Source of the DNA: Gammaproteobacteria bacterium
GTDB lineage: Bacteria > Pseudomonadota > Gammaproteobacteria > Eutrophobiales > Eutrophobiaceae
NCBI GenBank assembly: GCA_965116495.1
Contig: OZ220696.1
Location: 1,920,001-1,984,000, forward strand
DNA length: 64,000 bases
Direction: 5' to 3'
Positions 1 through 10,412 of this stretch are shown here, one piece after another. The position numbers were made by a program, and so were the translations under genes. The notes below the pieces were generated by a model. It saw nothing but the letters and a program-made list of their open reading frames with translations, made no database searches and was not told where the DNA came from. Each line of letters begins with the position of its first letter. The first letter of the stretch is position 1.

Positions 1-198
1 TCCTTTACCCCAGTCCCGCATCGGGTCGCCGCGGCCGGGCAACTCTATCTTGATTACCTCGGCGCCAAGGTCCGCCAGCAGTTGACCGCAGAACGGGCCG
101 GCAATCAGCTGGCCGAGTTCGAGGACGCGCACCCCTTCCAGGGCGCCGGGAGCGCCATTACCAGCAGGATTTTGTGCCAAATTAGTCGAATTATTCAT
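1..198 (-). CDS. CaiB/BaiF family (class III) CoA-transferase, N-terminal part, runs off the window start
   Basis: Not in the ORF track. Manual translation from ATG at 198: [64 protein letters not shown], the typical class III CoA-transferase N-terminus. Confidence 0.9.
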   Translation of the reverse strand, partial: MNNSTNLAQNPAGNGAPGALEGVRVLELGQLIAGPFCGQLLADLGAEVIKIELPGRGDPMRDWGKG

Positions 199-242
199 GT
201 CTTGCTACATGTACTCGCCACGAACATTCCTGGATGTCCCCA

Positions 243-3200
243 TCATGAAAACAAAAAATCTGCCGCGGACAGGTCGGCAATCCCCACACCTTCCAGGAGG
301 ATAGTACCGCCGCCGTGTGCCGACAGGTCTAACGTCACCCCGCTTGAAGCGGACGTTAAAGCGAGATCACCAAAACCGGACAGGCCGAGGTCGGACAAGT
401 CAACCAGGTCCTCTCCATCGCTGAAGTCTACGATAGTATCGTTCCCGTGACCGGCAGTGAAAACAAAGACATCTTCGCCGTAACCGCCATACAGACGGTC
501 ATTACCGGAGCCGCCGTCAAGCGTATCGTCATGATCGTCTCCAAAAAGAGTATCATCATGAGCGCCTCCGTACAGCGCGTCGTCGCCCACGCCACCATAC
601 AAGACGTCGTTACCGCGTCCGCCGTATAGCCTGTCAAAACCCATCCCACCGTATATCGTGTCGTCATTGGTGTCGTCACCACCCGGGCCGCCGTACAGGA
701 TGTCATCACCCGGGCCGCCGTGCAGGGTATTGGCCCGGACGTCGCCGGCCAGGACGTCGTTATGGTCGGAGCCGACCAGGTTGATGATGTCCGGCACCTG
801 CGCCGATACCGTGCGGCCGTTGTCGGTGTACGTAAAGGCGCTCAACCCCGCGAAGGTATCGCCCTGCGCGTCCCCGCCTGTGGCCTGAAGATTATGCAGG
901 CGCACGACGACCGCGGCGGGAGAAGCTTCGTAAGACGCCGAGTCAACCCCGTCGCCACCCTGGAGCCGGTCAGCGCCACTGCCGCCGTCCAGTCTATCAT
1001 TGCCGGGGCCACCGTCCAGAGAGTCGTTACCCGGACCACCAGTAAGCACATCATCACCCGCGCTGCCTTCCAACAAGTCATTACCGCCGGCACCGTCCAG
1101 CACGTCATTGCCGGGACCGCCCTCCAGCCGGTCAACGCCGGGGCCGCCGATCTGCACATTGGCGGACTCAAACAGAAAATCAGCCGCGGACAGGTCGGCA
1201 ATCTGGACACCCTCCAGCAGGATTGTTCCGCCGCCGTGCGCCGACAGGTCTATCGTCACACCGTGTGAACCGGACGATAATGCGAGAGCATCGAAGCCGG
1301 ACAGGCCTAAGGCGGACAGATCTATCAGGTCCTGGCCCTGGATAAAGCGCTTGATGAGATCATCCCCGTGCCCGGCAGCAATTACGAAGATATCGTTGCC
1401 CGCCTCGCCTTCCATCCGGTCATCGCCCGGGCCGCCTTCAATTCGGTCATTGCCGGAACCGCCGTGCAGTTCGTCATTACCGGCGCCACCGTAAAGCCCA
1501 TTAGTGCCATCCACGCCGTACAGCTTGTCATTGCCGGCGCCACCGTCCAGCACGTCATTGCCGAGGCCCCCTTCCAGCCGGTCACCGCCGTCACCTCCAT
1601 ACAGATAGTCACGGCCTTCGCCGCCGTACAGCCAGTCGTCACCGTTTCCGCCAAACAGTTCGTCATCACCGGCCTCTCCACGAAGAGAGTCAGCGCGTGG
1701 GATATGCTCAGGGCGGAGAGAGTTGCCGTAAAGTTTGTCATTGCCCGGGCCACCCAAGAGAGTATCACGTCCGGGGCCGCCATCCAGGCTGTCATTGCCA
1801 GGGCCTCCAGACAGAGTGTCTCCACCATCATCGCCCGACAGCCGGTCCTCACCTGTACCACCGTCCAGTTTGTCATCACCGGGACCGCCAATCAGGTGGT
1901 CATGTCCGGAGCCGCCGTACAACTGGTCGTGGCCGGCGCCACCATCCAGTTCGTCATTGCCGGTGCTCCCGTCAAGCCGATCATTACCTGGCCCACCGGT
2001 TATCAGGTAAAGGTCTTCAAAAAGAAAATCAGCGTCTGACAGGTCGGCATTCCCAACACCTTCCAGAAAGACAGTACCGCCGCCGCGCCCAGACAGGTCT
2101 ATCGTTACACCGTCTGAAGCGGATGATAAAGGGAGATTGTCCAGGCCGGACAGGCCGAAGGCGGACAAGTCAATCAGGTCTTCACGGTCGGTAAAGTCTA
2201 CAACGGTGTCGTTCCCATGACCGGCAGAGAACGTAAAGATGTCTTCGTCGTCACCGCCATACAGCCGATCATTACCGGAACCGCCGTCAAGCGTATCGTC
2301 ATCGTCACCGCCATACAGGGTATCGTCATGGGCGCCCCCGTAAAGTTCGTCGTCATTCTCGCCACCATACAGGACGTCGCTACCGCGCCCGCCGTACAGG
2401 ATGTCTGAGCCTTCCCCACCGTACATCGTGTCGTCGTTGGTATCGCCACCCCCCGGCCCGCCGTACAGGATGTCGTCACCTGGGCCTCCGTCCAGGGTAT
2501 TGGCCCGGACATCGCCGGCCAGGACGTCATCATTGTCAGAACCAACCAGGTTGATGATGTCAGGTACCTGTACCGACACGGTCCGGCCGTTATCGTCGTA
2601 CGTCCAGGTGGTAAGCCCCGCGAAGGTATCGCCCTGGGCATGGCCGCCCGCGGCCTCAAGCGAATACAGTCGCACGTTAACGCCAGCGGGAGACCTCTCG
2701 TAAGATGCCCAATCATCTCCAGCGCCACCCTGCAACCGATCAGCGCCGCCGCTGCCTTCCAGCCGGTCATTGCCGGGACCACCATCCAGGGCGTCATTGC
2801 CGGGGCCGCCAGTAAGCGTATCATCACCCGCGCCGCCGGCCAGTTCATCATTGCCAGGTCCGCCATCCAGCACATCATTGCCAAGGCTGCCATCGAGCAC
2901 ATCATCCCCGCCGCCGCTGTCCAGTACGTCATCGCCGGGGCCACCGGTCAGAACGTCATTTTCAGATCCGCCGGTCTGCATGTTAGAGGACCCAAACAGA
3001 AAATCATCTGCGGACAAATCGACAGACCCTTGTACGCCCTCCAGCAAAATTTTCCCTCCGCCGTACTCCGACAGGCCTACCGTCAAGCCGCTTGAATGGG
3101 ATGCAAATGCGAGGTCATCGAAGCCGGAAAGATCCAGGGAAGACAGGTCAATCAGGTCTTCTCCGATGGTAAAGTCTTCGATAGTATCGTCACCATGCCC

Positions 3201-5003
3201 GGCAGTGAAAATGAAAATATCTGCGCCGGGACCGCCAGTTAAAATATCATTATCAGCACCGCCGGACAGCGTGTCATTCCCTGTGCCGCCAGACAACCGG
3301 TCATAACCACCGCCGCCATACAGGATATCGTCACCGGAATGGCCGTGCAGATCGTCACTACCCGCGCCGCCTTCCAATCTGTCATTACCCGCGTCACCTT
3401 CCATATAGTCACCGCCACTGCCGCCGTTCAGGTAGTCATCGCCGTCACTGCCGTCCAGCCGGTCTCTGCCGGCGCCGCCGTCCAACTCATCATTACCTGC
3501 GTTGCCAGCCAGAGAGTCCTCGCCGTTACCGCCTTGCAGCCGATCATCGCCATCACCGCCTTGCATCCGGTCATAGCCGGAACCGCCGACCAGTTCATCA
3601 TTACCGGAACCGCCGCTCAGCTGGTCATTGCCGTAACTGCCGAACAGTTCATCGTTGCCGGGACCGCCGTTCAACCTATCATCACCAACGCCGCCGTTCA
3701 GCGTGTCATTACCGGCACCGCCGTCCAACCGGTCATTGCCGACGCCGCCGTCCAACATGTCGTTACCGGCGCCGCCTGTCAGGTGCACGCTGAACAGAAA
3801 GTCAGCAGCAGATAAGTCAGCAATATCGACACTCTCCAGCAGGACGGTGTTGGCATAGCGGTCCGACAGGTTTATCATCACGCCATCTGCGGTGGATACC
3901 AGTTCGAGTTCATCGAAGCTGAGATAAGTGAAGTGGATAAGGTCAATCAGGTCTTCACCAACGGTGAAATCACTGATGATATTGTCCCCTTCCACTGAAA
4001 CGAAAACGAAGGTGTCATTACCGGCGCCGCCGTGAAGACGATCATTGCCGCCTCTTCTCTCCAGTGTGTCATTTCCGGCGCCGCCATTCAGAGAGTCTTC
4101 ATCCCTGCCTCCGTAGTCGATCAAAAAGTCATCGCCGGGGCCACCATTCAGAGAGTCATTATCGGCGCTACCTTGCAGAAAATCATTGCCGGGGCCGCCG
4201 TGCAACGTGTCATTTCCGGCGCCGTCGTATAACTGATCATCACCTTCATCACCGTACAGTTCATCATTGCCGCTGCCACTTTCCAGCCGATCATCACCAG
4301 CACCGCCGGACAGAAAATCACGGTCGGGGCCGCCGTATAGCAGATCGCGCTCGGCGCCTCCCTCCAGCCGATCATCGCCAAAGCCACCGTACAGCCTGTC
4401 AGAACCTGCGCCGCCGTACAATTGATCATCACCGTCTTCGCCATCCAGCCGGTCATTGCCGACGCCACCGTTTAGCGTGTCATTACCGGCGCCGCCTGTC
4501 AGGTGCACGCTAAGCAGAAAGTCAGCCGCGGACAAGTCAGCAATATCAACACCCTCCAGCAGGATGGTGCGGGTCAAGTATTGATCCGTCACCTCTATCA
4601 TCACACCGTCTGCGGTGGACGCTAATACGAGGTCATCAAAACTGAGATACAGGAAGTAGGTCAGGTCAATAAGGTCTTCGCCAATGGTGAAATCACTGAT
4701 GATATCGTCCCCGTGGGCTGAGCCATTGAAAAGGAAGGTGTCATTGCCTGCGCCACCTTCCAGCCGATCATTGTGGAGGTCACCAGACAGGGTGTCATCG
4801 CCGGGGCCGCCGTACAACTCATCAGAACCATCATCGCCGTAAAGCTGATCATCACCGTCCTCGCCGTACAGCCGATCAGCGCCACCATAACCACCCAGCC
4901 AGTCATCGCCGGGGCCGCCGTACAATTCATCATTAGCGCGACCTCCTTCCAGCCGGTCATCGCCGGGGCCGCCGGTTAATACGATACGAGGTGTTAGCAT
5001 CAT
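243..5003 (-). CDS. Large RTX-type calcium-binding repeat protein (probable type I secretion substrate)
   Basis: Dozens of GGxGxDxLx nonapeptides and six copies of a DFxxGEDLIDL...DLSAADFLF module. Start placed at MM (5003) because the ORF-track start at 5126 overlaps the upstream gene. Confidence 0.9.
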   Translation of the reverse strand: MMLTPRIVLTGGPGDDRLEGGRANDELYGGPGDDWLGGYGGADRLYGEDGDDQLYGDDGSDELYGGPGDDTLSGDLHNDRLEGGAGNDTFLFNGSAHGDDIISDFTIGEDLIDLTYFLYLSFDDLVLASTADGVMIEVTDQYLTRTILLEGVDIADLSAADFLLSVHLTGGAGNDTLNGGVGNDRLDGEDGDDQLYGGAGSDRLYGGFGDDRLEGGAERDLLYGGPDRDFLSGGAGDDRLESGSGNDELYGDEGDDQLYDGAGNDTLHGGPGNDFLQGSADNDSLNGGPGDDFLIDYGGRDEDSLNGGAGNDTLERRGGNDRLHGGAGNDTFVFVSVEGDNIISDFTVGEDLIDLIHFTYLSFDELELVSTADGVMINLSDRYANTVLLESVDIADLSAADFLFSVHLTGGAGNDMLDGGVGNDRLDGGAGNDTLNGGVGDDRLNGGPGNDELFGSYGNDQLSGGSGNDELVGGSGYDRMQGGDGDDRLQGGNGEDSLAGNAGNDELDGGAGRDRLDGSDGDDYLNGGSGGDYMEGDAGNDRLEGGAGSDDLHGHSGDDILYGGGGYDRLSGGTGNDTLSGGADNDILTGGPGADIFIFTAGHGDDTIEDFTIGEDLIDLSSLDLSGFDDLAFASHSSGLTVGLSEYGGGKILLEGVQGSVDLSADDFLFGSSNMQTGGSENDVLTGGPGDDVLDSGGGDDVLDGSLGNDVLDGGPGNDELAGGAGDDTLTGGPGNDALDGGPGNDRLEGSGGADRLQGGAGDDWASYERSPAGVNVRLYSLEAAGGHAQGDTFAGLTTWTYDDNGRTVSVQVPDIINLVGSDNDDVLAGDVRANTLDGGPGDDILYGGPGGGDTNDDTMYGGEGSDILYGGRGSDVLYGGENDDELYGGAHDDTLYGGDDDDTLDGGSGNDRLYGGDDEDIFTFSAGHGNDTVVDFTDREDLIDLSAFGLSGLDNLPLSSASDGVTIDLSGRGGGTVFLEGVGNADLSDADFLFEDLYLITGGPGNDRLDGSTGNDELDGGAGHDQLYGGSGHDHLIGGPGDDKLDGGTGEDRLSGDDGGDTLSGGPGNDSLDGGPGRDTLLGGPGNDKLYGNSLRPEHIPRADSLRGEAGDDELFGGNGDDWLYGGEGRDYLYGGDGGDRLEGGLGNDVLDGGAGNDKLYGVDGTNGLYGGAGNDELHGGSGNDRIEGGPGDDRMEGEAGNDIFVIAAGHGDDLIKRFIQGQDLIDLSALGLSGFDALALSSGSHGVTIDLSAHGGGTILLEGVQIADLSAADFLFESANVQIGGPGVDRLEGGPGNDVLDGAGGNDLLEGSAGDDVLTGGPGNDSLDGGPGNDRLDGGSGADRLQGGDGVDSASYEASPAAVVVRLHNLQATGGDAQGDTFAGLSAFTYTDNGRTVSAQVPDIINLVGSDHNDVLAGDVRANTLHGGPGDDILYGGPGGDDTNDDTIYGGMGFDRLYGGRGNDVLYGGVGDDALYGGAHDDTLFGDDHDDTLDGGSGNDRLYGGYGEDVFVFTAGHGNDTIVDFSDGEDLVDLSDLGLSGFGDLALTSASSGVTLDLSAHGGGTILLEGVGIADLSAADFLFS

Positions 5004-5032
5004 GTTGTTAATATTCGTCGTTATCTCGGGAT

Positions 5033-5443
5033 TTATTTTTCTGAAACCAGCCTGTCCAGGATTAAACCGTAAAACGAGGCATCGCCCCTGAATGACCAGC
5101 CGAGGTGTTCGCCACAACTCCGGCATACGGCAAGCCTCCAGCTATGGCCCGGAAACCAGGTATGCTCTGCCGTCGCCTCGCCCACAGTTGAGCACCCCGG
5201 TGCGTCCGAATAACAGCCAAACTCGAAGGTAAAACCGGCAGGGTTAGTGCGGCAATGAACAAACCGGCCCAGTGGCGTTGTTTTCTGACTGTTATCCGTT
5301 ACCGGATCCAGACAAAAGCGGCAAAGCAGCCTTTTTTCTTTTTCAGCGAATGTATCACTCTCGGGTTTGCGTCCGGGTTTGATCTCATCCGACGCGGTTG
5401 CGTCAAAAAAATACCAGGGACTGGTCAATTCCACCTGGTTCAC
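5033..5443 (-). CDS. Cereblon-like (CULT/thalidomide-binding domain) protein
   Basis: Two CxxC zinc motifs (CRFC, CRSC), NPAG, HTWFPGHSW, HLGWSF and FYGL match the CULT signature. Confidence 0.88.
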   Translation of the reverse strand: MNQVELTSPWYFFDATASDEIKPGRKPESDTFAEKEKRLLCRFCLDPVTDNSQKTTPLGRFVHCRTNPAGFTFEFGCYSDAPGCSTVGEATAEHTWFPGHSWRLAVCRSCGEHLGWSFRGDASFYGLILDRLVSEK

Positions 5444-5927
5444 TCACTCAGACCGAACCTGTACATGACCAGGGACTACTGACCTGGCCGGAGGTTGCCT
5501 TGATAAATCACTTATTTTCACTGACGTAATCATAAAAACTCTGCTTGACGCGCCAGTCTTTTGCCTTGGACTGGTGGGTTAACTCAGATGACTGCCAGAT
5601 ATTCACAGGGTCATCCACCTCACAGGCAGCCAGTGCCATGTAAGCAAGCGGTCTGAACTCCCCAGGTATCAACCGGGACGGGTACGAGCGCATGATCATT
5701 CTTGTTAATACCAGGAAACAGCTGTTGCTCCGGAATGCCCTTGAGTTTTCCGTCCGGCTGGAACGTCCAGCCATGACAGCGGCAGGAAATCAATGTACGG
5801 AATGTTTGAGACCGTGTTCACAGTATTTCACGCCTGTTCGCTGCAAGCAGCGCTTTCGTCACGTATAGTAGCAGGAATGCGATTGCCAGATGCAGAAAAC
5901 TGCGCAAGGTGAATACATACAACCGCT

Positions 5928-6872
5928 ATGGGCATGGGGAAAATCGGCATTCTCGGCGGCAACGGTTTTGTGGGCCGGACACTCGCGCGCCGGTTAAGCG
6001 GCGCCGGCCATGAATTGAAGGTGCTCACGCGCCGGCGCGCGGCAAAACACCACGCACTCAGCCTGTTGCCCGGCCTGGAACTGATCGAGACCGACATCCA
6101 CAACCAGGCGCAATTAACCGCTCACCTGTCCGGCTGCCGCGCGGTGGTCAACCTGGTCGGGATTCTGAACGAGCGGGGAACAAGCGGTACCGGGTTTCAT
6201 CATGCCCACGTTGAACTGACCGGCAAGGTCATTCGCGCCTGCCGGGAGAACAGTGTCGAGCGTTTGTTGCACATGAGCGCGATCAACGCCGATGCAACGG
6301 CCGGCGCCAGTCATTACCTGCGCAGCAAAGGGCTGGCCGAAGATAATGCCCATGCAGCGCAAGGTATCCGGGTTACCAGCTACCGCCCGTCCGTTATCTT
6401 CGGAAGCGAAGACAGTTTCTTCAACCGCTTTGCAGGGCTGATCAGGTTGATGCCCGGGATATTCCCGCTGGCCTGCGCCGGGGCGCAATTCGCACCGGTG
6501 TCTGTAGACGACGTCGCCCGGGCCATGTCCGACACGCTGGCAGACCCGGCACATTACGGCAAACGTTACGACCTGTGCGGGCCGCGCAGTTATACGTTGC
6601 AGGAACTGGTCGAGTTCACCGCCCGCTGTACCGGCCGGAACAGGTTAATCATCCCGCTTCCCGATTTTGCCGCCAGGATGCAGGGACTGGCCTTCGACCT
6701 GACCGGTTTTATATTCCCTGTACTGGGTATCGAACAACCATTTTCGACGGACAACTACCGGTCGATGCAGGTCGATGCCGTTTGCCGGTGCAATGCTCTC
6801 CCCACACTGGGCATTACACCCGCGGCCGTCGAGGATATCGTGCCGGCGTACCTGCAGCGCCAAACATCATGA
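5928..6872 (+). CDS. NAD-dependent epimerase/dehydratase, complex I NDUFA9-like
   Basis: GGNGFVG Rossmann motif, VVNLVGIL, YLRSK and RPSVIFG. Confidence 0.88.
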   Translation: MGMGKIGILGGNGFVGRTLARRLSGAGHELKVLTRRRAAKHHALSLLPGLELIETDIHNQAQLTAHLSGCRAVVNLVGILNERGTSGTGFHHAHVELTGKVIRACRENSVERLLHMSAINADATAGASHYLRSKGLAEDNAHAAQGIRVTSYRPSVIFGSEDSFFNRFAGLIRLMPGIFPLACAGAQFAPVSVDDVARAMSDTLADPAHYGKRYDLCGPRSYTLQELVEFTARCTGRNRLIIPLPDFAARMQGLAFDLTGFIFPVLGIEQPFSTDNYRSMQVDAVCRCNALPTLGITPAAVEDIVPAYLQRQTS

Positions 6873-8179
6873 CCCCAAACATCCGCAGCTACATAAAACT
6901 GCTGCTCAAGATCGAAGCCCATGAAATCAGGGCTGCGTTTACCTCGTTCTTTTTCATGTTCACCCTGATGCTGGCGTATTACACCTTGCGCCCCGTGCGC
7001 GACGCCATGGCCAGCGACTGGTCCGATGCCGAGTTGAGCTGGTTATGGACTTCCACCTTCGTCATCAGCATGGTCGCCGTCGTCATCTACGCCGGCGTTA
7101 TTTCCAGGATCAGGTTCAGGCGTATCGTCCCCGGCGTGTACGGATTTTTCTCCCTGTCCTTCCTGGCGTTCTACCTGGGTACGCACATGACGGACAACCC
7201 GGTCTACATCGACAAGACATTCTACGTCTGGCTCAGCGTCTTCAGCCTGTTCCACGTGTCCGTGTTCTGGAGTTTCATGGCGGATACGTTCTCGAAGGAC
7301 CAGGGAAAAAGGCTGTTCGGGTTTATCGCCTCCGGCGCCAGCATCGGCGCGGTTGCCGGGCCTGTCTTTCCGGTGTTTTTCTCAACGACCCTGGGCGTAT
7401 ATAACCTCATCCTGCTTGCTGCCGTGCTGTTGCTGCTCATCATCCCCCTGATCACGTATATGGAGAGGCTGAAACAGGAAGATCTGCATAACGGGCAGGC
7501 CGGCACGGACCAGGCATCCTGGGTAACCACAGGCGGTAATCCGTTCGCAGGTTTCGTCGATTTCTTTTCCAGCCGTTACCTGCTCGGGATCGGCCTGTTT
7601 ATCCTGCTGTACACGGCCATGAGCACGTTTGTTTATTTTGAACTGAAAAACATGCTGGCCGAGTTCGATCGCGTCACCCGCTCACAGTACTGGGGTGTGA
7701 TGGATTTGATCGTAAATTCACTCGCTGTGCTCACTGCCATGTTCGCCACCAGCCGCCTGGCTGTCCGCTTCGGCTTGACGGTAACCTTGTCCATAGTCCC
7801 CGTTGTGATCATCGCCGGCTGGCTGGTCGTGGCGGTTTCCCCCCTGCTGCCGGTGCTCATGGGCCTGCAAGTCGTGCGCCGGGCCGGCAACTACGCCATT
7901 ACCCGCCCCGGCCGGGAAATGCTCTTCACACAGGTGAGCCGCGCGACGCGCTTCAAGACAAAACCGGTGATAGATATCGTGGTATACCGGGGTGGGGACA
8001 TGATCAGCGGCTGGGCCTATACCGGCCTGGCCCAGGGATTTGGTCTGGGACTGGCGGGTATTGGACTGATCGGTGCGGGTATTGCGTTTTTATGGACAAT
8101 CGTGGCAGTATTCATCGGGAATGCCTATGATCGAGACCGCCTGCACAGCGTCTTAAACAAACCTGGTGAACCGGAATGA
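6869..8179 (+). CDS. MFS transporter, ATP/ADP translocase (TLC/NTT)-like
   Basis: Multiple transmembrane segments; YYTLRPVRDAM, RPGREMLFT and KPVIDIVVYRGGD motifs. ATGA overlap with the upstream stop at 6869-6872. Confidence 0.8.
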   Translation: MTPNIRSYIKLLLKIEAHEIRAAFTSFFFMFTLMLAYYTLRPVRDAMASDWSDAELSWLWTSTFVISMVAVVIYAGVISRIRFRRIVPGVYGFFSLSFLAFYLGTHMTDNPVYIDKTFYVWLSVFSLFHVSVFWSFMADTFSKDQGKRLFGFIASGASIGAVAGPVFPVFFSTTLGVYNLILLAAVLLLLIIPLITYMERLKQEDLHNGQAGTDQASWVTTGGNPFAGFVDFFSSRYLLGIGLFILLYTAMSTFVYFELKNMLAEFDRVTRSQYWGVMDLIVNSLAVLTAMFATSRLAVRFGLTVTLSIVPVVIIAGWLVVAVSPLLPVLMGLQVVRRAGNYAITRPGREMLFTQVSRATRFKTKPVIDIVVYRGGDMISGWAYTGLAQGFGLGLAGIGLIGAGIAFLWTIVAVFIGNAYDRDRLHSVLNKPGEPE

Positions 8180-9096
8180 AACATCTCACACTCTCGCGCC
8201 GCAACTTCATGAAACACGCCTGGACCGGACCCGTTGCCGTGGGGATTCTGCCCCGGATGTTACCTGCCATGGCTGCTGATGTAATCAAGCGCGCCATCCC
8301 TGCCGGCGGCGAGGAAATAGCCATCATGGGCATGGGCACCTCCCGTACCTTTACCCATGCCACGCCCATGGCGCAACTCGCTGAAGTCACGCAGGTGTTT
8401 TTCGACCACGGCGGCCAGATGATCGATTCGTCGCCCATGTACGGACCGGCAGAAGGCATCGTAGGCGAACTGCTCAAAACCATGCAGAACAGCGCGGGGT
8501 TGTTTGCCGCCACCAAGGTCTGGACCGACGGGCGCGCAGCCGGCAGAGACCAGATGAACGAATCCATGCAACTCATGGGGGTCGAGACGATGGATCTCAT
8601 GCAGATCCACAACCTGCGCGACTGGAAGATCCACCTCAGGACGCTGCGGGACTGGAAGGAACAGGGACGCATCCGTTACCTGGGCATCACCACCTCGCAT
8701 GGCCGGTTTCATGAGGAACTGGAGGCCATCATGAAAACGGAACCGCTGGATTTCATCCAGTTGAGTTACAACATTGCCAACCGGACTACCGACGCACGTT
8801 TACTGCCGCTTGCCCTGGACAGGGGCATAGCCACGATCATCAACCGCCCATACCAGCGCGGGGACCTGTTCCGGAGAGTCAGGGGGAAACCCTTGCCGGA
8901 CTGGGTCGGGGAGATCGATTGCGCCAGCTGGGGACAGTTTTTTCTGAAGTTCATTGCCGGCCATCCTGCCGTAACCTGTATCATACCGGCCACCACCAAG
9001 GTCAAGCACATGCTGGACAACATGGCCGGCGGTAAGGGCCGGGTGCCGGATGCGGCAATGCGCGAGCGTATGATCAACTACCTGGAAACGCTGTAA
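8176..9096 (+). CDS. Aldo/keto reductase with a twin-arginine-like signal
   Basis: SRRNFMK N-terminus; GMGT, IDSSPMYG, ATKVW, DLMQIHN and IIPATT AKR motifs. Confidence 0.88.
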   Translation: MKHLTLSRRNFMKHAWTGPVAVGILPRMLPAMAADVIKRAIPAGGEEIAIMGMGTSRTFTHATPMAQLAEVTQVFFDHGGQMIDSSPMYGPAEGIVGELLKTMQNSAGLFAATKVWTDGRAAGRDQMNESMQLMGVETMDLMQIHNLRDWKIHLRTLRDWKEQGRIRYLGITTSHGRFHEELEAIMKTEPLDFIQLSYNIANRTTDARLLPLALDRGIATIINRPYQRGDLFRRVRGKPLPDWVGEIDCASWGQFFLKFIAGHPAVTCIIPATTKVKHMLDNMAGGKGRVPDAAMRERMINYLETL

Positions 9097-9109
9097 TCAT
9101 TTAACGACC

Positions 9110-10330
9110 ATGCAGATTTATCAGGTCGGCGGCGCGGTACGCGATGAACTGCTGGGGATCGAGGTGAGAGACCGCGACTGGGTTGTGGTCGGCGCCAGAC
9201 CCGGGGAAATGACCGCCCTGGGATACAAGGCAGTCGGCAAGGAGTTTCCCGTATTTATTCACCCCGATACCGGGGAAGAATACGCCCTGGCACGTACCGA
9301 ACGTAAGTCGGGGACGGGCTACAAGGGTTTCGTATTCAACACCTCGGACAGAATCACCCTGGAACAGGACCTGCAACGCCGGGACATCACCATCAACGCC
9401 ATCGCCAAAGATGAAAACGGCGCCCTGGTTGATCCGTTCAACGGCCGGAAAGACCTGGAGGACAGGATCATCCGCCATGTCTCCGACGCTTTTGTCGAAG
9501 ACCCGTTGCGGGTATTGCGGGTCGCCAGGTTCGCCGCGCAGTTTAATTTTCCCATTGCTGATGAAACACAGTCCCTGTTAAAGGAACTCAGCGCTACGAA
9601 TGAACTGCAGGCACTGACGCCGGAGCGCATCTGGGTTGAAACGGAAAAGGCATTGCAAACGCCGCAGCCGCAGCGCTATTTCGAAGTGCTCAGGGAATGT
9701 GACGCACTGGCCGTGCTGTTTCCCGAAATCGACCGCCTGTTCGGGGTTCCGCAACCGGAGCGCTATCATCCGGAAATCGACTGCGGTGTTCATACCCTGA
9801 TGGTGCTGGAACAGGCAACAAGACTCACTGCCGACACGGAGGTGCGCTTCGCCGCCCTGGTGCACGACCTGGGCAAGGCCACAACGCCGCAGGAGATATG
9901 GCCCAGCCACCATGGTCATGGCGAGCGCGGGGTTGACCTGATCGACAAGCTGTGCGACCGCCTGCGTGTTCCCAACCGGTACAGGAACCTGGCAATTCTC
10001 GTGGCGCGCTACCACCTGAATTGCCACCGCATACAGGAACTGAGCCCGGCCGTGGTCCTCGGCAAACTCGAAGGGCTGGATGCCTTCCGCCGCCTGGAGC
10101 GCTTTGACCAGTTCCTGCTCGCCTGTGAAGCCGACGCGCGCGGGCGCAAGGGCAAGGAACAGCAGGACTACCCGCAGGCGGATTTGTTCAGGAAATACCG
10201 CGAGACCTGCCTGGCCGTGAATACCAGGTCAGCGGACTTCCATGACCTGGAAGGAACACAGATTGCGGAGCGCATACGCACACAACGGATTAAGGCAATC
10301 AAGGACGTCAAGGTGCAGGAAGCGGGATAA
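9110..10330 (+). CDS. cca: Multifunctional CCA tRNA nucleotidyltransferase/2'3'-cyclic phosphodiesterase
   Basis: VGGAVRD, DRDWVVVG, EYALARTERK, DLQRRDITINA, EDPLRVLRVARF and an HD domain (LVHDLGK). Confidence 0.97.
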   Translation: MQIYQVGGAVRDELLGIEVRDRDWVVVGARPGEMTALGYKAVGKEFPVFIHPDTGEEYALARTERKSGTGYKGFVFNTSDRITLEQDLQRRDITINAIAKDENGALVDPFNGRKDLEDRIIRHVSDAFVEDPLRVLRVARFAAQFNFPIADETQSLLKELSATNELQALTPERIWVETEKALQTPQPQRYFEVLRECDALAVLFPEIDRLFGVPQPERYHPEIDCGVHTLMVLEQATRLTADTEVRFAALVHDLGKATTPQEIWPSHHGHGERGVDLIDKLCDRLRVPNRYRNLAILVARYHLNCHRIQELSPAVVLGKLEGLDAFRRLERFDQFLLACEADARGRKGKEQQDYPQADLFRKYRETCLAVNTRSADFHDLEGTQIAERIRTQRIKAIKDVKVQEAG

Positions 10331-10412
10331 CGGTTATGTTCGCGCGGGCAACCTCCGTACGATCTGCGCCTGTGCCTGCTAAATACAACCATACCAACAA
10401 CGGGAGAACACC

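Noticed and set aside
243-5003. Many overlapping plus-strand and alternate-frame ORFs (Pro/Ser-rich, Val/Ile-rich)
   Set aside because: Antisense shadows of the GGxGxD repeat codons; the same applies to shadow ORFs over other GC-rich genes such as 49905-51717 and 57995-59668.
5508-5774. 88-aa minus-strand ORF upstream of the cereblon-like gene
   Set aside because: No recognisable motif or ribosome-binding site; may be a gene fragment but cannot be supported.
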